This document shows positions 1-13,858 of a stretch of 64,000 bases of DNA, one piece after another; positions within the stretch are counted from its first letter, which is position 1, and each line of letters begins with the position of its first letter. Where the stretch lies: assembly GCA_050273025.1 (NCBI GenBank), contig CP158635.1, positions 9,858,001 to 9,922,000 on the forward strand, written 5' to 3'. A model generated the notes under the pieces. The model worked only from the letters and a program-made list of their open reading frames with translations, searched no databases and was not told where the DNA came from. Made by a program: the position numbers and the translations under genes. This DNA is from Cenococcum geophilum. Taxonomy: Eukaryota.

Positions 1-3000
1 AGCGCGTATAGATTAGGAAACATGTAGATAGCTTGGAAGACAGTTATACTGTCTACCTTACAGTAGATTAGAAGATAGTTATACTTATCCACCTTTCGTA
101 TCAGCCTATTTTAGTTAAAGAGAAGAAAAGAAATAACCTAGGAGTACTTGTCTGGTATCTACGACGACTACTAGACTTCTTATTCTATCTATTCCAGAGG
201 ACCACTGCGCAAAATACCTCCTTAACCGTCCCCTTAACTGCCTCCTTAACCGCCCCCTTAACCGTTCCCCTATCTTTACCCTATAAATACCCTTACCTAC
301 CTAAATAATATATAAACCACAAGATGTTAGGAACAGAGAAAGACTAGGAGGAAGAAGTAGTTAAATAGGAAGATGGAATTAACCTAATAGAAGCCTTTAA
401 AGACGAACTAACCGACTATTTATAATATAAGATGTACGTATATATAGAGATATACAACTAGCTAGACTTAACACTCTAGGAATTATTCTAGGGAGATTTT
501 AAGGACTTTATAGTTAATATCTTTACGTAAATCCCCTTATACTAGCTTTAGCAACTATATAACTGCCTAAATATTAAAGGAGTATAGGTTAATATTAACT
601 ATAAACAAGGCAAAATACTCCCTTAGTCTTTATATAATATAGTATAAGAAGAAGACCAAACTAAATAGAGCAGAGAAATAATTAAATTAGCCAATAATAA
701 GTACGGACCGACGCTATTTAGATTAATTAAAGTATACATAATAAAGGGCACTTTAGAGGAATAATAATAAGCTAAGACTACTGTAACCTAACTAACTGGT
801 ATACTAACTACCTCTACCTTTATATTAACTGCTATACCTTAGCCTATAAATACCTCTACTTTTACACTATTTGTTATACCTTAACCTATAATAATATAGC
901 AACTTTACATATAACCTACGGATAAGGAGAACTGCACTATTACTGTAACTAGCTATAGTAAAGAAATTGCGAACGCAGCTAAGATATATATAGAGGAGTA
1001 GAAATACGGTAGTATAAACAAAAGCCTTAACTATAAATTGATAATATTCTATAATATCTGTAATTAAGCGGACGTACCCTAAGAAGCCTATCTTAAGGCA
1101 TTCCCTACTATATTAAAAGGACTAGCTTTAGACCACTTCTATATAAACCAACTGTTTTACCTACCATTTGCCAAAGTTTATAAGCACCTTTAGAATTTCT
1201 TTAAAGGACTAGGATTTTAACGCAAGAATCTGGACAAGTGGAATACTATTACACTTATAATAGTGATGGTAGGAAATATAGACAAGTCTATAAGCAAATG
1301 CCTCTAATTATTAATCTATAGACTTTATTAATTATAGTATGGCCTTAGACCTACCTTATAAACCATAGACTTCCTTTATAATAAAATCGTCACTTCTTGC
1401 TAGGGAATACCAGTATGTAGATATACAGTCTCCGACCTACTAGATAACTTTAGAGCCCTTATTAATAAACTTTAATCGTCTATTATAGTATATAAGAAAG
1501 AGTATACAGAAAAGATATAAGCCTTCTTTATAGACTAACGATTTTATAGAAGAGATAATAACTATAACCATAGTAATCGCAGCAACCCCCCGTATAACCG
1601 CAACCGAAAGAAACTACGTTGCTTCATATATAATAAGGAAGGATATCGCTTATAGAAACATACTAAGGAGGAGTAAGAAGAGTCTAAGACTAAGTTTAAA
1701 AATAAGTTTAAGGACCGCTTTTAGGAGCGAATAAAGCAATATATTATAGACTATAAAGGCGACAATAATAATAATAATGACTTAGATGATGAGATTACCA
1801 ACGTATTTAATGCTTTAATAATTAACATAGACCCTAGCACTTTAATGGACAAGGACGACCAGGCTATAGTATACTACACTTTATACAGTAAGATTAAACT
1901 AGATAACGCGACCGCTATAGCTTTAGAACTAGCTAACAGAGTATATAGCCACGTAGTTATAACTATTAATACTATAACAGATGTATTCCCTACCGATATA
2001 GACCCATTTACGTATAATATAACCTTATATTATACCTCTACAAAGTTTATAGGCATAATAATCGATATTAGAGCCTTTAAACGCTTTATAGCAGAATATG
2101 GTTAGTTTCTTACACTTTAGAAGATTAATAAAGTATAGTTAAATAAGTCTATAAGAGGTATAGTTAGCGTATAGTTCGGAATAGGTTTTATATCTTCTAT
2201 TAGTTCTATCTAGGTTACTATACTAATAGGCACAGTAGAGTTTTACGTTGTTAAAGTTAATACCCCTTTTCTGCTTTGCCTAGCAGATATAGATAATTTA
2301 TAAGTATACTTTAATAACCTAAAGAATGTCCTAATAACCCCCTTAAAGACCGTACCAGTTATACGCCGATTTAGACACCTATTTCTACTATAGAATACTT
2401 CGTTGTATATATTTATTACAGAGTCTTTTAACTAAAACCTATACTATTTAACTAATATAGAATTGCGACGCCTACACCGACGCTTTAGATATCTATTAGT
2501 ACAGCGACTTAAGAGAATATTAGACTGTGCTGGCTATAAAAATGATACTAATCGCAAGACCCTTAAGCATATTACCTACTACTGCTTATACTATTAAAAA
2601 CACGGAAAGTTACTAGGCAGATTTAGATTCACCTTAAAGGACAATATTAATTTTAACTATTGCATTATCGTTAATATTATATATATTAACAGTAAGCCTA
2701 TACTTTATATTATTAATAAAGGTACCCGATTTTAAATAGGTAGATAGCTATAAAATATTAGCGCTAAGTATATATAGGATATATTACAAGTATGCTAGAT
2801 TAATATATACTTAGGCCCCCTAGATATAATTGCATATAACGTAAGAAAGAACTTTATTAGTAGAGAGTTTAAGCAATACGCGGTTAATATAGGCACTACT
2901 ATAAAGAGTATACCGGTTAAAGCTTATAACTTAATTAGTATAGTAGAGCGTTACTACGGCCCCTTACAATATATATACTATATTATTACTTCTAAGATAC

Positions 3001-5263
3001 TAGAAATTAATAAGGATATAGCACTATAAATGGCCTTTAAAGCAATTAACGACTCTATAGGACTAGACGGCCTAATACCTACGCTATTAGTATTTGGAGC
3101 GTACCCTTAAATAATAGAGTCTAATATACCTTTACCTATAGTAATATAGCGTGCGATTGTATTTAAGAAAGCTATAGAGGAAGTAAAGAAAATATAAGCG
3201 GAATGCTAGGTCGTAAATATACTTAATATACGCAATAGCCCTAGCACTACCGCAATTTATAATCTGCCCCTTAACTCCTTAGTACTAGTCTAAAGAGAAG
3301 GTAATATAGGATAACTTAGTTACTAGGCAGGATTATATAACCTACTAAATATTAAAGGAGAAACGTGCACCGTTAACCTACCTAGCAGCCCTACGAAGTT
3401 TTATAGTACTACTATTAAACTATACTTAATAGACCGTAGACATATTTAAGTCGAAGATATTTAAGTTAATAGCACCTAAATTAACAATATTTAAGTTAAC
3501 GGTATTTAACCCACTATAGAAACCGTCCCTTACCGAAACTAAAGAAGTATAACTACCTTGCTAAGGAAGAGGAAGACCCTATAAGCATCCCCCTTATATT
3601 AATACTGCCGACATTACTGTATTCTTATAAAAGGATAGCAACTATAAGTAGTTTAAAACATCCTGTTAAAAGGAAATCATAGGACTAATTAAAAAGGGCG
3701 TATTTAAGATAATTAACCCTTAGGACGTACCCGTAGGAGCCAGAATCTTTAACTTATAATTTATAGATAAGATTAAAAACCCTAGCACTAATAAAGCCTT
3801 TAAGAAATCGAGACTTATTATCTAAGCGTATAACGATCTTAAAAAGGGTACTGTACTAACCTAGTTACCTACTATTTAACGAGTTAGCTAACGCCTTATT
3901 TTATATATTGCAGCAATATTACGAGGTAACGGCATATAGCTATATCTATAAAATATCTTCTAGGCGTATGTCTAGTCTCTTATAAAGCTAAATTAAGACT
4001 TTTATATTTAACCACTTTACGAATTAGGAAGCTAACTAGGTATCGGAAAGAACTTAATCCTAAAGGTAATTAAGCCTTTATATAGTGTTCTAGAAGTAGG
4101 TAATTACTAGTTTATAACCTACTATAACTATTATATTAAGGAGTTAGATATAAACTTATTAACGTATAACCCTTGCCTCTTATAGAGTAACGCTCCTAAC
4201 TACTTTAGTATTGTTAGCCTTTAAACTAATAACACTCTCTTCCTGGCTAATACCACCTTTACGGACGCGGAGTAATAATATCTAGAAAAGGCTTACTTTC
4301 TCGTAAAAGAACGTAAATAACTTATAGTTAATTAGTTATTTAAATTTAACGGATATATTATTTAACTCTTTTAGGAAGGCAATATTATAATAACCTAGGA
4401 ACGCTAGTATAAGAACCTAAATACGGTCTACTTTAGCAAAGTAGCTATAACTATAAGCTTAAGAGGTATTATCCGTAATGCACTAACTATAAAGGAATAA
4501 TACGTTGCGTAACGCGCTAGAGGTATATATATTGCCTTTATATGCTAACCTAAAGCCTCTTTTAACCTCTCCTTTGCTGCTTAGGTAATTAACCCTAAAA
4601 AGAGTAATATTATAGTACTTAATAAACGACTCTAATGGCAAATTAATAACTTAATAAGAGGCCTTATATATATTAAGCTGGATATTAATATACTACGCCT
4701 ACTCGTGTTTACGGATGCCTTATTTACAAATAATAAGGACCTCTTATTATAAATAGGCTATATTTTGGTATTAGCAGACATAATAAATAAGGCTAATATT
4801 GTATATTAGTCCTTAATTAAGTGTAAGAGAGTTACTAGGAGCGTACTAGCATCTAAACTCTATGTAATGGCCCACGAATTCGATATTAGCGCCGCAATTA
4901 AGTCAACCGTTGGACAACTCCTATAGATCGAACTCCTACTCGTACTTTGCACCGACTTAAAATTACTTTATAAATGCCTTGTTAAGCTAGGCACTATACA
5001 AAAGAAACGTCTTATAATAGACGTTATGTGTCTTTATTAGTCGTACGAGCGCAAAGAGATTACGGAAGTTAAGTAAATCGATGGTGATAGCAACCCTACT
5101 GACTTAATGACTAAGAGCAAGGCATTTACAGCTCTCAAGAAGCTAGTTAATACTAATTACTTAGAACTATAAGCTAAGGAGTGGGTAGAACGGAAGGATA
5201 TCTAATAGAGAAAGGAGATTTAATATAAAGAATTTAAAAGCAATTATATGTCGAAACACTTAT

Positions 5264-5490
5264 CGTCACGGTCTCGGTAGAATTCGGCAGAATTCGGCAG
5301 ACTTGATAGAATTTGGCAGATTTGGTAGACTTAGCAGAATTTGGCAGAATTTGGCAGACCTGGCAGAATTCGGTAGAAATTACGGATATTACGGATATCG
5401 CCAATATTGCGAATATAGGACGATCTTGCGGTAGTAGGCAGAATATGGTAGGATGCGGCAGAATGCGTGTTATGGGGTGGTCCTGTGACA
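5264..5490. mobile_element. Solo LTR-like insertion (227 bp) in the 3' UTR of element A
   Basis: Termini are CGTCAC...GTGACA (TGTCAC/GTGACA with one change), flanked by CTTAT (5259-5263) and CTTAC (5491-5495). The segment is absent at the homologous site of sister element C (minus strand, ~21805-21835). It contains internal GAATT(C/T)GGCA 10-mers. Confidence 0.75.
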
Positions 5491-5544
5491 CTTACTATTG
5501 CAAAAGAGGTTCTATTAGTTTCCTAGCATTTAAAGAGCTGCCAG

Positions 5545-5707
5545 TGTTGGTATATATTTGTTTCACGTGTTACGTGCATAGTACGTGACCTACGCGAGAC
5601 GCGTATATGTATCAATACTGCATTGTAGAATAGAACCTTAAGAATCCAATTATATATCGCACTGCACGTATATTACGTCTATTGCACCATGTTAAAGTAT
5701 CCTGATA
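5545..5707 (+). repeat. 3' LTR of element A (163 bp)
   Basis: Starts TG after GCCAG and ends CCTGATA (CA mutated to TA). The last 77 bp (5631-5707) match the U5 end of the element C LTRs. Confidence 0.8.
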
Positions 5708-5827
5708 ATAACGAATTAAAGCTAAGGACAGAGGACGCGTCCTTTATAGCTAAATTAATAGAACCTTTACCAAATTAAAAGGTAGACGGACGGCTTTAGT
5801 ACAGTTGACTTAGATACGTAGGAAGTG

Positions 5828-6050
5828 TGTTAGCGACTTAGTTAATTAAGGCACGAGTACGGCAAGAGGGACGCGCAAGCCTGTATAATTGGTAGTCTAT
5901 AAATGAGGATCCAAAGCCAGAGAAAGGAAAGGAGAAGAAGGGCAACGCCGCTAGAAGTTTTATATAATCCTCGAGTTATATAAGCTTATATGACCCTACG
6001 TCTACTATAACGTCTACTATAATCTACCGTTTTCCACCAGCGCTGTAATA
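5828..6050 (-). repeat. 3' LTR of Gypsy element E
   Basis: TGTTAG...GTAATA; matches 11495-11717 and abuts the PPT. Confidence 0.92.
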
Positions 6051-9000
6051 TTACCCCCCCCCCTTTGAAAAAGCCTACCCTTAGGCTTTATATGTCCGTA
6101 TTATATCTATAGGGTATTCTTATCTATATGCTCAATAGGTAGCTTATTATCTTCGCTATACTAGCACTCTATTTACTTATTTAGATACTTTAGGGGTTCT
6201 AGCTTATTAGGGTATTAGTTATAGAACTCTTTAAGCTTTTAGGGGTAACCTATAAAGTTCTAGACGGGGTATTAGGTTAGGTCTAAATTATAACCTTTCT
6301 ATTAGATATGGTATTTTAGCGTTCCTTATACTAGTTTATAGGCTAGTATTTTATTAACTTCTTATTCGTCGTCGCTATTAACTTAAATCGGTAGTGGAGG
6401 CTCATTCTTTTGTCTAGGTAGTGGGTTATTTATAGCTTTCCGTAGCTTATCTAGTAAGAAAATAGGGTGGACTTTAATTAAGTCTAGGAGTATAACCTTA
6501 TATAAGTTGCCTTCTTTATTAAGGATCTTATATAGTCCTACCATCTTATAGTTTAGCTTATGGCTAGGCCGTTCTATCTTTTAGTTTTTTATTATAACCT
6601 AAACCTTATCGCCTACAGTAAAGTTAGGCTCGCGCCTATACTTATTTGCCTACTATTTTATTAATTTTTAGGCCTTTTCTAGGGTTTTATGGGCTACCGC
6701 CTATACTTCTTCTAAGCGTCTAGCATACTGCTATGCTTCCTTATAAGATAGTTTTTCGTATACGGTTTATAGTTCTTCCGGTCTCTTCTAGTTAAAGCTT
6801 ATATAGGGTAAGTATTCTATTTCTAGCTAAATAGGTGCAAACCCCGTAGAGTTATAGGGTAGGGTTGCCTGGGCGTAGTTTATTATAGGTAGTAGTTCGC
6901 CCTAATTATCCTAAAAGTAGTTAATAAAGGGCCAAAGTCTCTGGTCTAAGTATTAATTTATAATTTCTGTCTAACCGTCTATCTAGGGATAGTATACCAT
7001 AGAGAGCTTTAGCCTAATACTTAGGATTTAGGTAAACTTATTCCAAAAGGCTAATATAAACTGCGGCTTATAGTTGGATATAATAGTATCTAGTAGTCCG
7101 TAAATTTGGTAGACGTAGTAGATATATAGTTAGGCCGCCTCTTTAGTATTAATATTTTTATAATAGGGAATTAAAAATGGGCGCTTACTAAAGTGGTTAA
7201 CTAGAATTATAACTATATTATATCCGTCGCGGTCTATAGGTAACTTATAGAAGTCTATAAAGATATACTGCTAGGGGCGTTCTGGTATTAGGAGTGGCTT
7301 TAATAGCCCTAGGGTCTTATCTTATGGAATTGTAGACCTATAGCAGTTGTTGTAGTTCTATATATAGCGGTTAATATCTATAACTATTTCGGGCTAGTAG
7401 TAGCGGTTGCCAATAATTTTATAGGTTTTATTTTTTTAGGGTGGGCTATAAAGACCTAGGTATATGCTTTAGCAATAAGCCGAGTCCATAGGTTCTATTC
7501 CTTTATTACTACTAACCGTTTCTAATACTTAAGTAATCCATTTTTAAGGGACTATAAGCTGGTAATATTCTTTGCCTTTTTACGGTACTCCTGTAGGGAA
7601 GAGGCTATACAGTTTACCTATAGCAATTCGTTAATAAAGTTAAATCCTAAGGGGTTAATAGGATATATCTTAGTACCTAAGGAGTCTATATTTAGTTCTG
7701 CCTATATTTAGGGGTTAAGGTGCTCTAGTTATAGTAGTATCTAGGTCTATAATAAGATCTTTATAGCCGCCTAGTTACCTAGGTCCTGTTTACGCCTTAT
7801 AAAAGTATCCGCACGGTTTATAGTGCCTAGTCTATATATAATTAAGAAGTTAAATTAAGATAGGATATCCGCCTAGTATACCTATTAGGCTATAAGGGCC
7901 TTAGTTATTATAAAGTATTCTAGGGCCTTATAATCTAAAACTACCTTAATAGGCTTAGGGGTCCCCTCTAGCTATATACGCTAGTGCTAAAAGCTAGAGA
8001 TAATAGCCAGCATTTCTTTATTATAGATATGGTAGTTTAGCTTAGCATTTATTATAGTCTTTAAATAGTATATAATAAGGTGCTATTCTCTATCCGGTTA
8101 CTTTTGGGAGAAAATACTAGCTATTGCGCTATTTAAGGCATCCGTTTTTAGTATTAAGGGCTATTTTAGGTTAAAGTAGGTAAGTAGGGGAGCCGATACT
8201 AGCCGTTTTTTAAGTTTATTAAAGGCCTGCATATATATGGCGTTAAAGTAAAATAGCTAGTCTTTTTTAGTAAGGCGGTTAAGAGGCTAGGTAATCTTGC
8301 TATAGTTCTTAATAAAGCGTTAGTAGAAGTTACAGAAACCTAAAAATAATTATACCCCCTTTACGGTTTATAGGGGTGTCCACTAATTAATTGCGGCCGT
8401 TTTCTCTAGGTTGGCCTTAATTCTATTTATACTAATAATAAAACCTAGGTACTTTATACGCTTAATATTAAATTCCAATTTCCTAATATCGGCCTAGAGG
8501 CCGGCCTTGCGGAGCTATTATAGGACTTTATAGACATACTCCTCGTATTCTAACTTATTCTTAAAGTAGATTATAATATTATTTAGGTAGGCTATATAAA
8601 ATTCGTTAAGGTAGTTAAAGAGTATATTATTTATATATTGCTAGTATATAGCCGGTCCATTAGTTAGTTTAAAAGGAAGTACTTTATATTTATATGTTCC
8701 ATAATAGGTCCGAAATGTAATAAAATCTTCTAATTTAGGGTTTATTCTAATCTGGTAGAAGGCCTAGCGGATATCTAGCTTTATAAAGATCTTAGCTCTA
8801 CTTATTTAGGCTAGAGTTTTATTAAGTAGGAGTAGCGGATAGTAGTCCTTACGGGTTATGTTATTTAGCTTATAGTAGTTAATGCAGAAGTGGAGTCCTC
8901 TATTTAGTTTTTTAATAAAGAGAATAGGCGAGTTAAAAGGGGCTTAGCTAGGCTTAATAAAGCCCTTACCTAGGTTATTAATAAGGTACTACTTTATAGC

Positions 9001-11494
9001 CTATAATTTAGTAGTAAACTACTAACGAAGGGGGCTATAGCTAAGGGTATTTTCCTTATCTAGCTCGATCTTAATCTTATAGTTATACGGTTAGTAAGGT
9101 GGAAGTATATTAGACACTATTTTGGAAAATATATCCTTAAATTTCCGGTGTTAATAAGGTAGTTTTTAATCTACTAGTTCCTTATCTGTAAGCTCGCTTT
9201 CTTATTCACTAAGCTTACTTTCCTTTTCCTTAATTATTTAATTAATTTCGTATAAGCTAGTCGTAAAGGTAATAGTATTAGGCTAAACTAAGTTCTAATA
9301 GAACCCTATAGCGCTAATATAGTAGATATTAACTAGTAGGAGGTCCATAGGTTTCTTTACTAATATTTATTAGGCCGTATTTTGCGGTATAGGGTTTATA
9401 GTCTTCCTTAGCTTACGTTTTATTTTCCGTAAGTTATCCTTCTAGTTAATTAGTTTAGTATAGCGTCCAATATTTTTAGCTTTCCTTTATAGCTATATAA
9501 GGCCTATATTCTCCGTAGGGGGCTTAGCTAGGTTACTACTAACTTCCTATACCTTTAGTGCGGGTAACGTAACATAGGTAGTTTATAGGCGGCGTAGTAT
9601 ACAGATCCGTTGCGGATTAAGCTATATATCCTTCTTAGAGGCCTAGTCCCTACGCATAGCATCGGCTTAGTAATTAGTATTAATCTAGGGCCGTATAAGG
9701 TTTTTCATTATAATACTGATTTCTTTTATAAAAGAAGGGGTTAGGGGTAGGGTTTTGGGCTAGATAAGCCGTCTACTCCATATATTAAGCTATAAGCCTA
9801 AATAGGCTAGCTATTTTCTCCTTAAGATTATATTGTGGCTTCCTAGGTCCATAATAAAAAAGGGGATATTATATTATCTTTGTCCGTTAACACGGAGGTA
9901 GATACGCAAGATAGCCGTAATAGGTAGTCCTATCCGTCCGTTATACCCGCAGATAGGAATTGGTTTAGGCAGTTTTTTAAGGAGTATATTTAAAAAAAAA
10001 TTAGCTAGCTTTATAGTATACTAGGTATCTATTAAGGTAAAGGTATTTGCTTTAGAGTTAGCTAAAGCAGAGGTTAAAACTTAATATCTATTACGGAATA
10101 AAGTATAAGGGATAGTATAGCTTCTTTTACTAACTAGCTAACCTAGATCGATATATAATATATTAATCCCTTTTAACCCTAGAGAGGAGTCTTCCTCTAG
10201 GGTTCCTCTTTTTCCAACTTTATACTATCCTCCTAGATTAACAGAACCTTGCCCACTTTTACGTTTATTAGGCAATCCTTTATAATATAGCCCTTCTAGC
10301 TATAAGAGAAGTAAGCTCCCTAATTGCTAAGGGCCTATATATAGGGGTTGCTATATATAGGCTAAGCATTCGCTAGACCTATAGTAGGACTAGCTATATA
10401 GCTAGCTACTAAATTAGTAGCAAGCTGTACGGCCGGTATTATAGGAGCTGCGGATCTTACTAGGGCGCTACGGCCTATTCTTATAGTACTTATATTTTAG
10501 TTAGTAGAGCTTCTAGTCTTATACTACTTAGCTTATACCTTAATTCGATAAAAGCCCTAGTTAATAGCTAGGCATTAGTCTATAAGTTCCTTTAGCGTCT
10601 ATATAGTAGTATAAACTAGTAGTATAGCGCGCTATAGGTCTAGGGTAAGCTTATTAAAGAGGTCTAGCATTAGATCTTCCTAGGGGATTTAAGCCTATTT
10701 AGCTAGGTATAGAAAGCGGGTCTAGAAGACTAAAAAGGTCTCTATCGTTTTTATATTTAGGCTTTTATAATTAAGCTAGGCGTTTTATACTTTAAAGGGG
10801 TCCTTATAAATAAAAGATAAGTAGTTAATTATTTCTTCTTTTAAGAGGAAGAGGTTTATTAAGTCCTAGGTATATTACGGGCGTAGGTATATCTATATAT
10901 TACTACCAGTACGGCCGAAGACGTATGCTATTTTAGCTTAGGTATTAGGAAAGTAATCCGTATTAACTTTAAGCTTATTCTATAATTAAAGCTTTTAGTT
11001 ATTAAATATAGGGTCAGTTTCATCTGTAAGTAATAGGGGGTCTACAACCTTTACGGACCGCGATAATGCTAATGCTATACGTTAGGCTAGGGCCTTAAGG
11101 ACTATAGTAAGTCTATAGGTATCTAATAACTCCTTACTAGGTATAGGGGTGTCTTTAGTTTTAAGTAGTTCTTAAAGCCGTTTAATTTTAGTATTAGCTG
11201 CTGCGAGCTCTTCCTAGGGGGTTAGGACGGCGACTGTTTTACTATTGGAGGTATTTACAGGTCCTACAGTAGCTTTGCCAGCTACTGTATTTCTTAGCAT
11301 AGTAGTAGGGGTATTAAGTAATTTCCGGTTGTTTATTTATTTTTTAGGGGTTCTAGTCTATATATGTCCTATTCTTAAGTTTCGCGTTCTATTTATATTT
11401 TTTTAGTTCTAGTAGTATCCTTATTCTATTTATAGTCCGTAGATATTTTTAAGTTCCTTCTTAGGAAGAAAGAGTAGTAATAAGCTTTGGATAA

Positions 11495-11717
11495 TATTAG
11501 CGACTTAGTTAATTAAGGCACGAGTACGGTAAGAGGGACGCGTAAGCCTATATAATTGGTAGTCTATAAACGAGGATCCAAAGCTAGAGAAAGGAAAGAA
11601 GAAAAAGGGCAACGCCGCTAGAAGTTTTATACAATCCTCAAGTCATGTAAGCTTACGTGACCCTACGTCTACTATAACGTCTACTATAATCTACTGTTTT
11701 CCACTAGCGCCGTAACA
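11495..11717 (-). repeat. 5' LTR of Gypsy element E
   Basis: TATTAG...GTAACA; matches 5828-6050 and is followed by TSD AAGTG. Confidence 0.92.
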
Positions 11718-13571
11718 AAGTGCTACAATCGAGCGACTACCTAAGGAAGTAACTAGGGCGATTTTATAAGGCCCTACGACAATTAAATATAAGACTTATA
11801 TAGTTAGTAAAGCTTATAAGATTATATTAAGAAGGACACCTATAGATAAGGCAATAAGGCCTTTCTTCTATATATATATAGATTTAATTTAGGGAATTAA
11901 AGCCTATAATAGATATAAGTACGCAATCTATTTCCTTAACGATTTAGTTTAAATAAACAAAGTTAAAACATTCGTATAGAAGTTATTAACCACCTAAGTA
12001 AGTATTAAATATTATAATATAATTAAGCAACGCTACGGCTTTAAAGTCGTTATTATTTATATTAATAACGAGTTATTGCTTAGAGGTAAATTTAATAACT
12101 AAACCGCTGAAAAAGATATTATGGTAAAGTACTTAGCTCTAAGTACACCAAAGTAGAACGGTCCTGCGGAACGTTTTAGAGGGGTAATTATAATAAAGGC
12201 TTAATATATGTAAATTAAAGCTTAACTATTAGAGGAGCTCTAGCCTAAGGCCTTTAAGGTAATAGCGTATATAATAAATAGGATATTAAGCAGAAGGCTT
12301 AACTAAAAGACACCTTTTAAAAAGCTTTAATTAGTAATAGATCTCTTACCAACTAAACCAAATATAGCTTACCTACGCGCCTACGGCTGCAGAGCCTATC
12401 CACTTAAATATAACATTCCACGCACTTAAAAACTTGCTCCTAGAGCCTATATTAGGTATTTAGTAGGGTATAATTTAATGAATATCTTTTAAATATATAT
12501 ACCAAGCGAAAAAAAGGCAATTTAAATAAGAGATATTACGTTTAATAAGCGACTTATCTATAATAATAGCAAGCCAAATCTTATAAATTTGCTTTAAGAG
12601 AAAGCCGATTAAATGCTAGAGGTAATTAATATAATTAACCCCAATAGGACGCTTTAAGAAGACTTAAATAAGCACATAAATAAGGAAGATAAGATTTTTA
12701 ATAAAATTTAGGTAGACACTAATGGAAATTAATAGGTAGATTTTAGTAGATAAGTTATTAATTATAAGCAACTAGACGCTTAAGGCGATAACTTAATTAT
12801 AGTAGATACCTTAAAGAACGATCCTCTACCTAGCCTTTTTATACTAGAACTAATACTAAAACCTTAATTAAATCCAACCAATGCAGGTTCCTTAAGCTCC
12901 TTAAGCACCCTAAGATTCTCCGTACTTTCTACCCGTTAACGCCCCGGTTTTAAATACGTTAAAATTAACCTAGAGGAGTTAAAGGATAAGAATAGTGCAG
13001 CCGTTAATAAGGATAATATTATATAAAGCAAACGGTTAAAGAAGCTAGTTAAAAGATATAAAGCTTATTTAACTTACCTTAAAGAGGTAGACACCTTCTA
13101 ACCGCTTTAAGCAGCCTTTTATATAGGGCTTAAATATTAAAGGAAAATATACTATAATAAGCTTCTACCTCTACCTAAGAACTAAAAGGAGCTTATAAGA
13201 TACTAATATAAGGTAGAATTTCTAATAGCTGCTATAAAGGAGTACACGGATCTAGATAATTGTGGAATATTTAAAATTATAGATAAGACTTAATCTATTA
13301 AAACGGTACCTATTACCTAGGTATTTACCTACAAGACAGATACTAACGGATATCTCACAAAGTTTAAAGCTTAACTTTATATAAGAGGTAATCTATAATA
13401 GTCAATCTATAAGGATATATATACAGCAACTTTAGTAGCTAAAGTCTTTAGAGCTCTCGCAGCAATTATTGCAGTATTTAATTTAGATGTTTGGCAGGGT
13501 AACGCTATTAACGCGTTTATAAATAGCCTAATTAATAAAATTATCTATATTAAATATCTAAATAGATTTAC

Positions 13572-13858
13572 TATAGCTAGAAGCGTTAGACATATCGCGA
13601 GGACGGCCAACGCGCTAGTAGTAAGCGAACCAATAGTGCGATGGCAGAATATAGCAGAATATAGTAGGACACGGCCAACACGCTAGTAGTAAGCGAGCTA
13701 ATAGCGAGGTGGTAGAACATGGCAGAACATAGCAGGACGCGCCTAATATATATATATGACGCGCGTCGCAAGTAGAAAAATAACAATCCACTAATAACAC
13801 CGCATAGTATATATTATTGTAATATATATATTCTGCACGTTGTTAAAGCATACTAACA
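13572..13858 (+). repeat. 5' LTR of element B (U3 contains a ~68-bp tandem duplication)
   Basis: Matches 21187-21473 and ends GCATACTAACA. Confidence 0.92.

Larger units (their letters stand above)
1..5707 (+). mobile_element. Element A: RIP-inactivated GalEa-type Ty1/Copia LTR retrotransposon (5' LTR lies upstream of the window)
   Basis: De-RIPed motifs appear in Copia order: gag knuckle C-x2-C-x4-C-x4-H (~1620-1660), protease IDTGASKR (~2060), LHRRFGH/integrase (~2470-3100), KSRLxxQAYND (~3805), GLQTDDTL (~4216-4239), ICQPEAS (~4540), NPxDSMTK (~5090) and EWVERKDI* ending 5205. The 3' LTR is 5545-5707. Confidence 0.9.
5828..11717 (-). mobile_element. Element E: RIP-inactivated Ty3/Gypsy chromovirus (Tf1/Maggy-like), full length, TSD AAGTG
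   Basis: Matching 223-bp LTRs at 5828-6050 and 11495-11717; TSD AAGTG at 5823-5827 and 11718-11722. A poly-G PPT lies on the minus strand (~6053-6063). RT AYLDDI (RIPed to AYLNNI) is at ~8575-8595. A C-terminal chromodomain, EWEVxKIL...Y.I.WKGY..D.TWYP.WNF, is at ~6220-6367. Confidence 0.93.

Noticed and set aside
5563..5568. CACGTG E-box in LTR A (also in F, degenerate in E) as a centromere-like CDEI signal
   Set aside because: A common bHLH promoter hexamer, with no other evidence for a point centromere in this type of genome.
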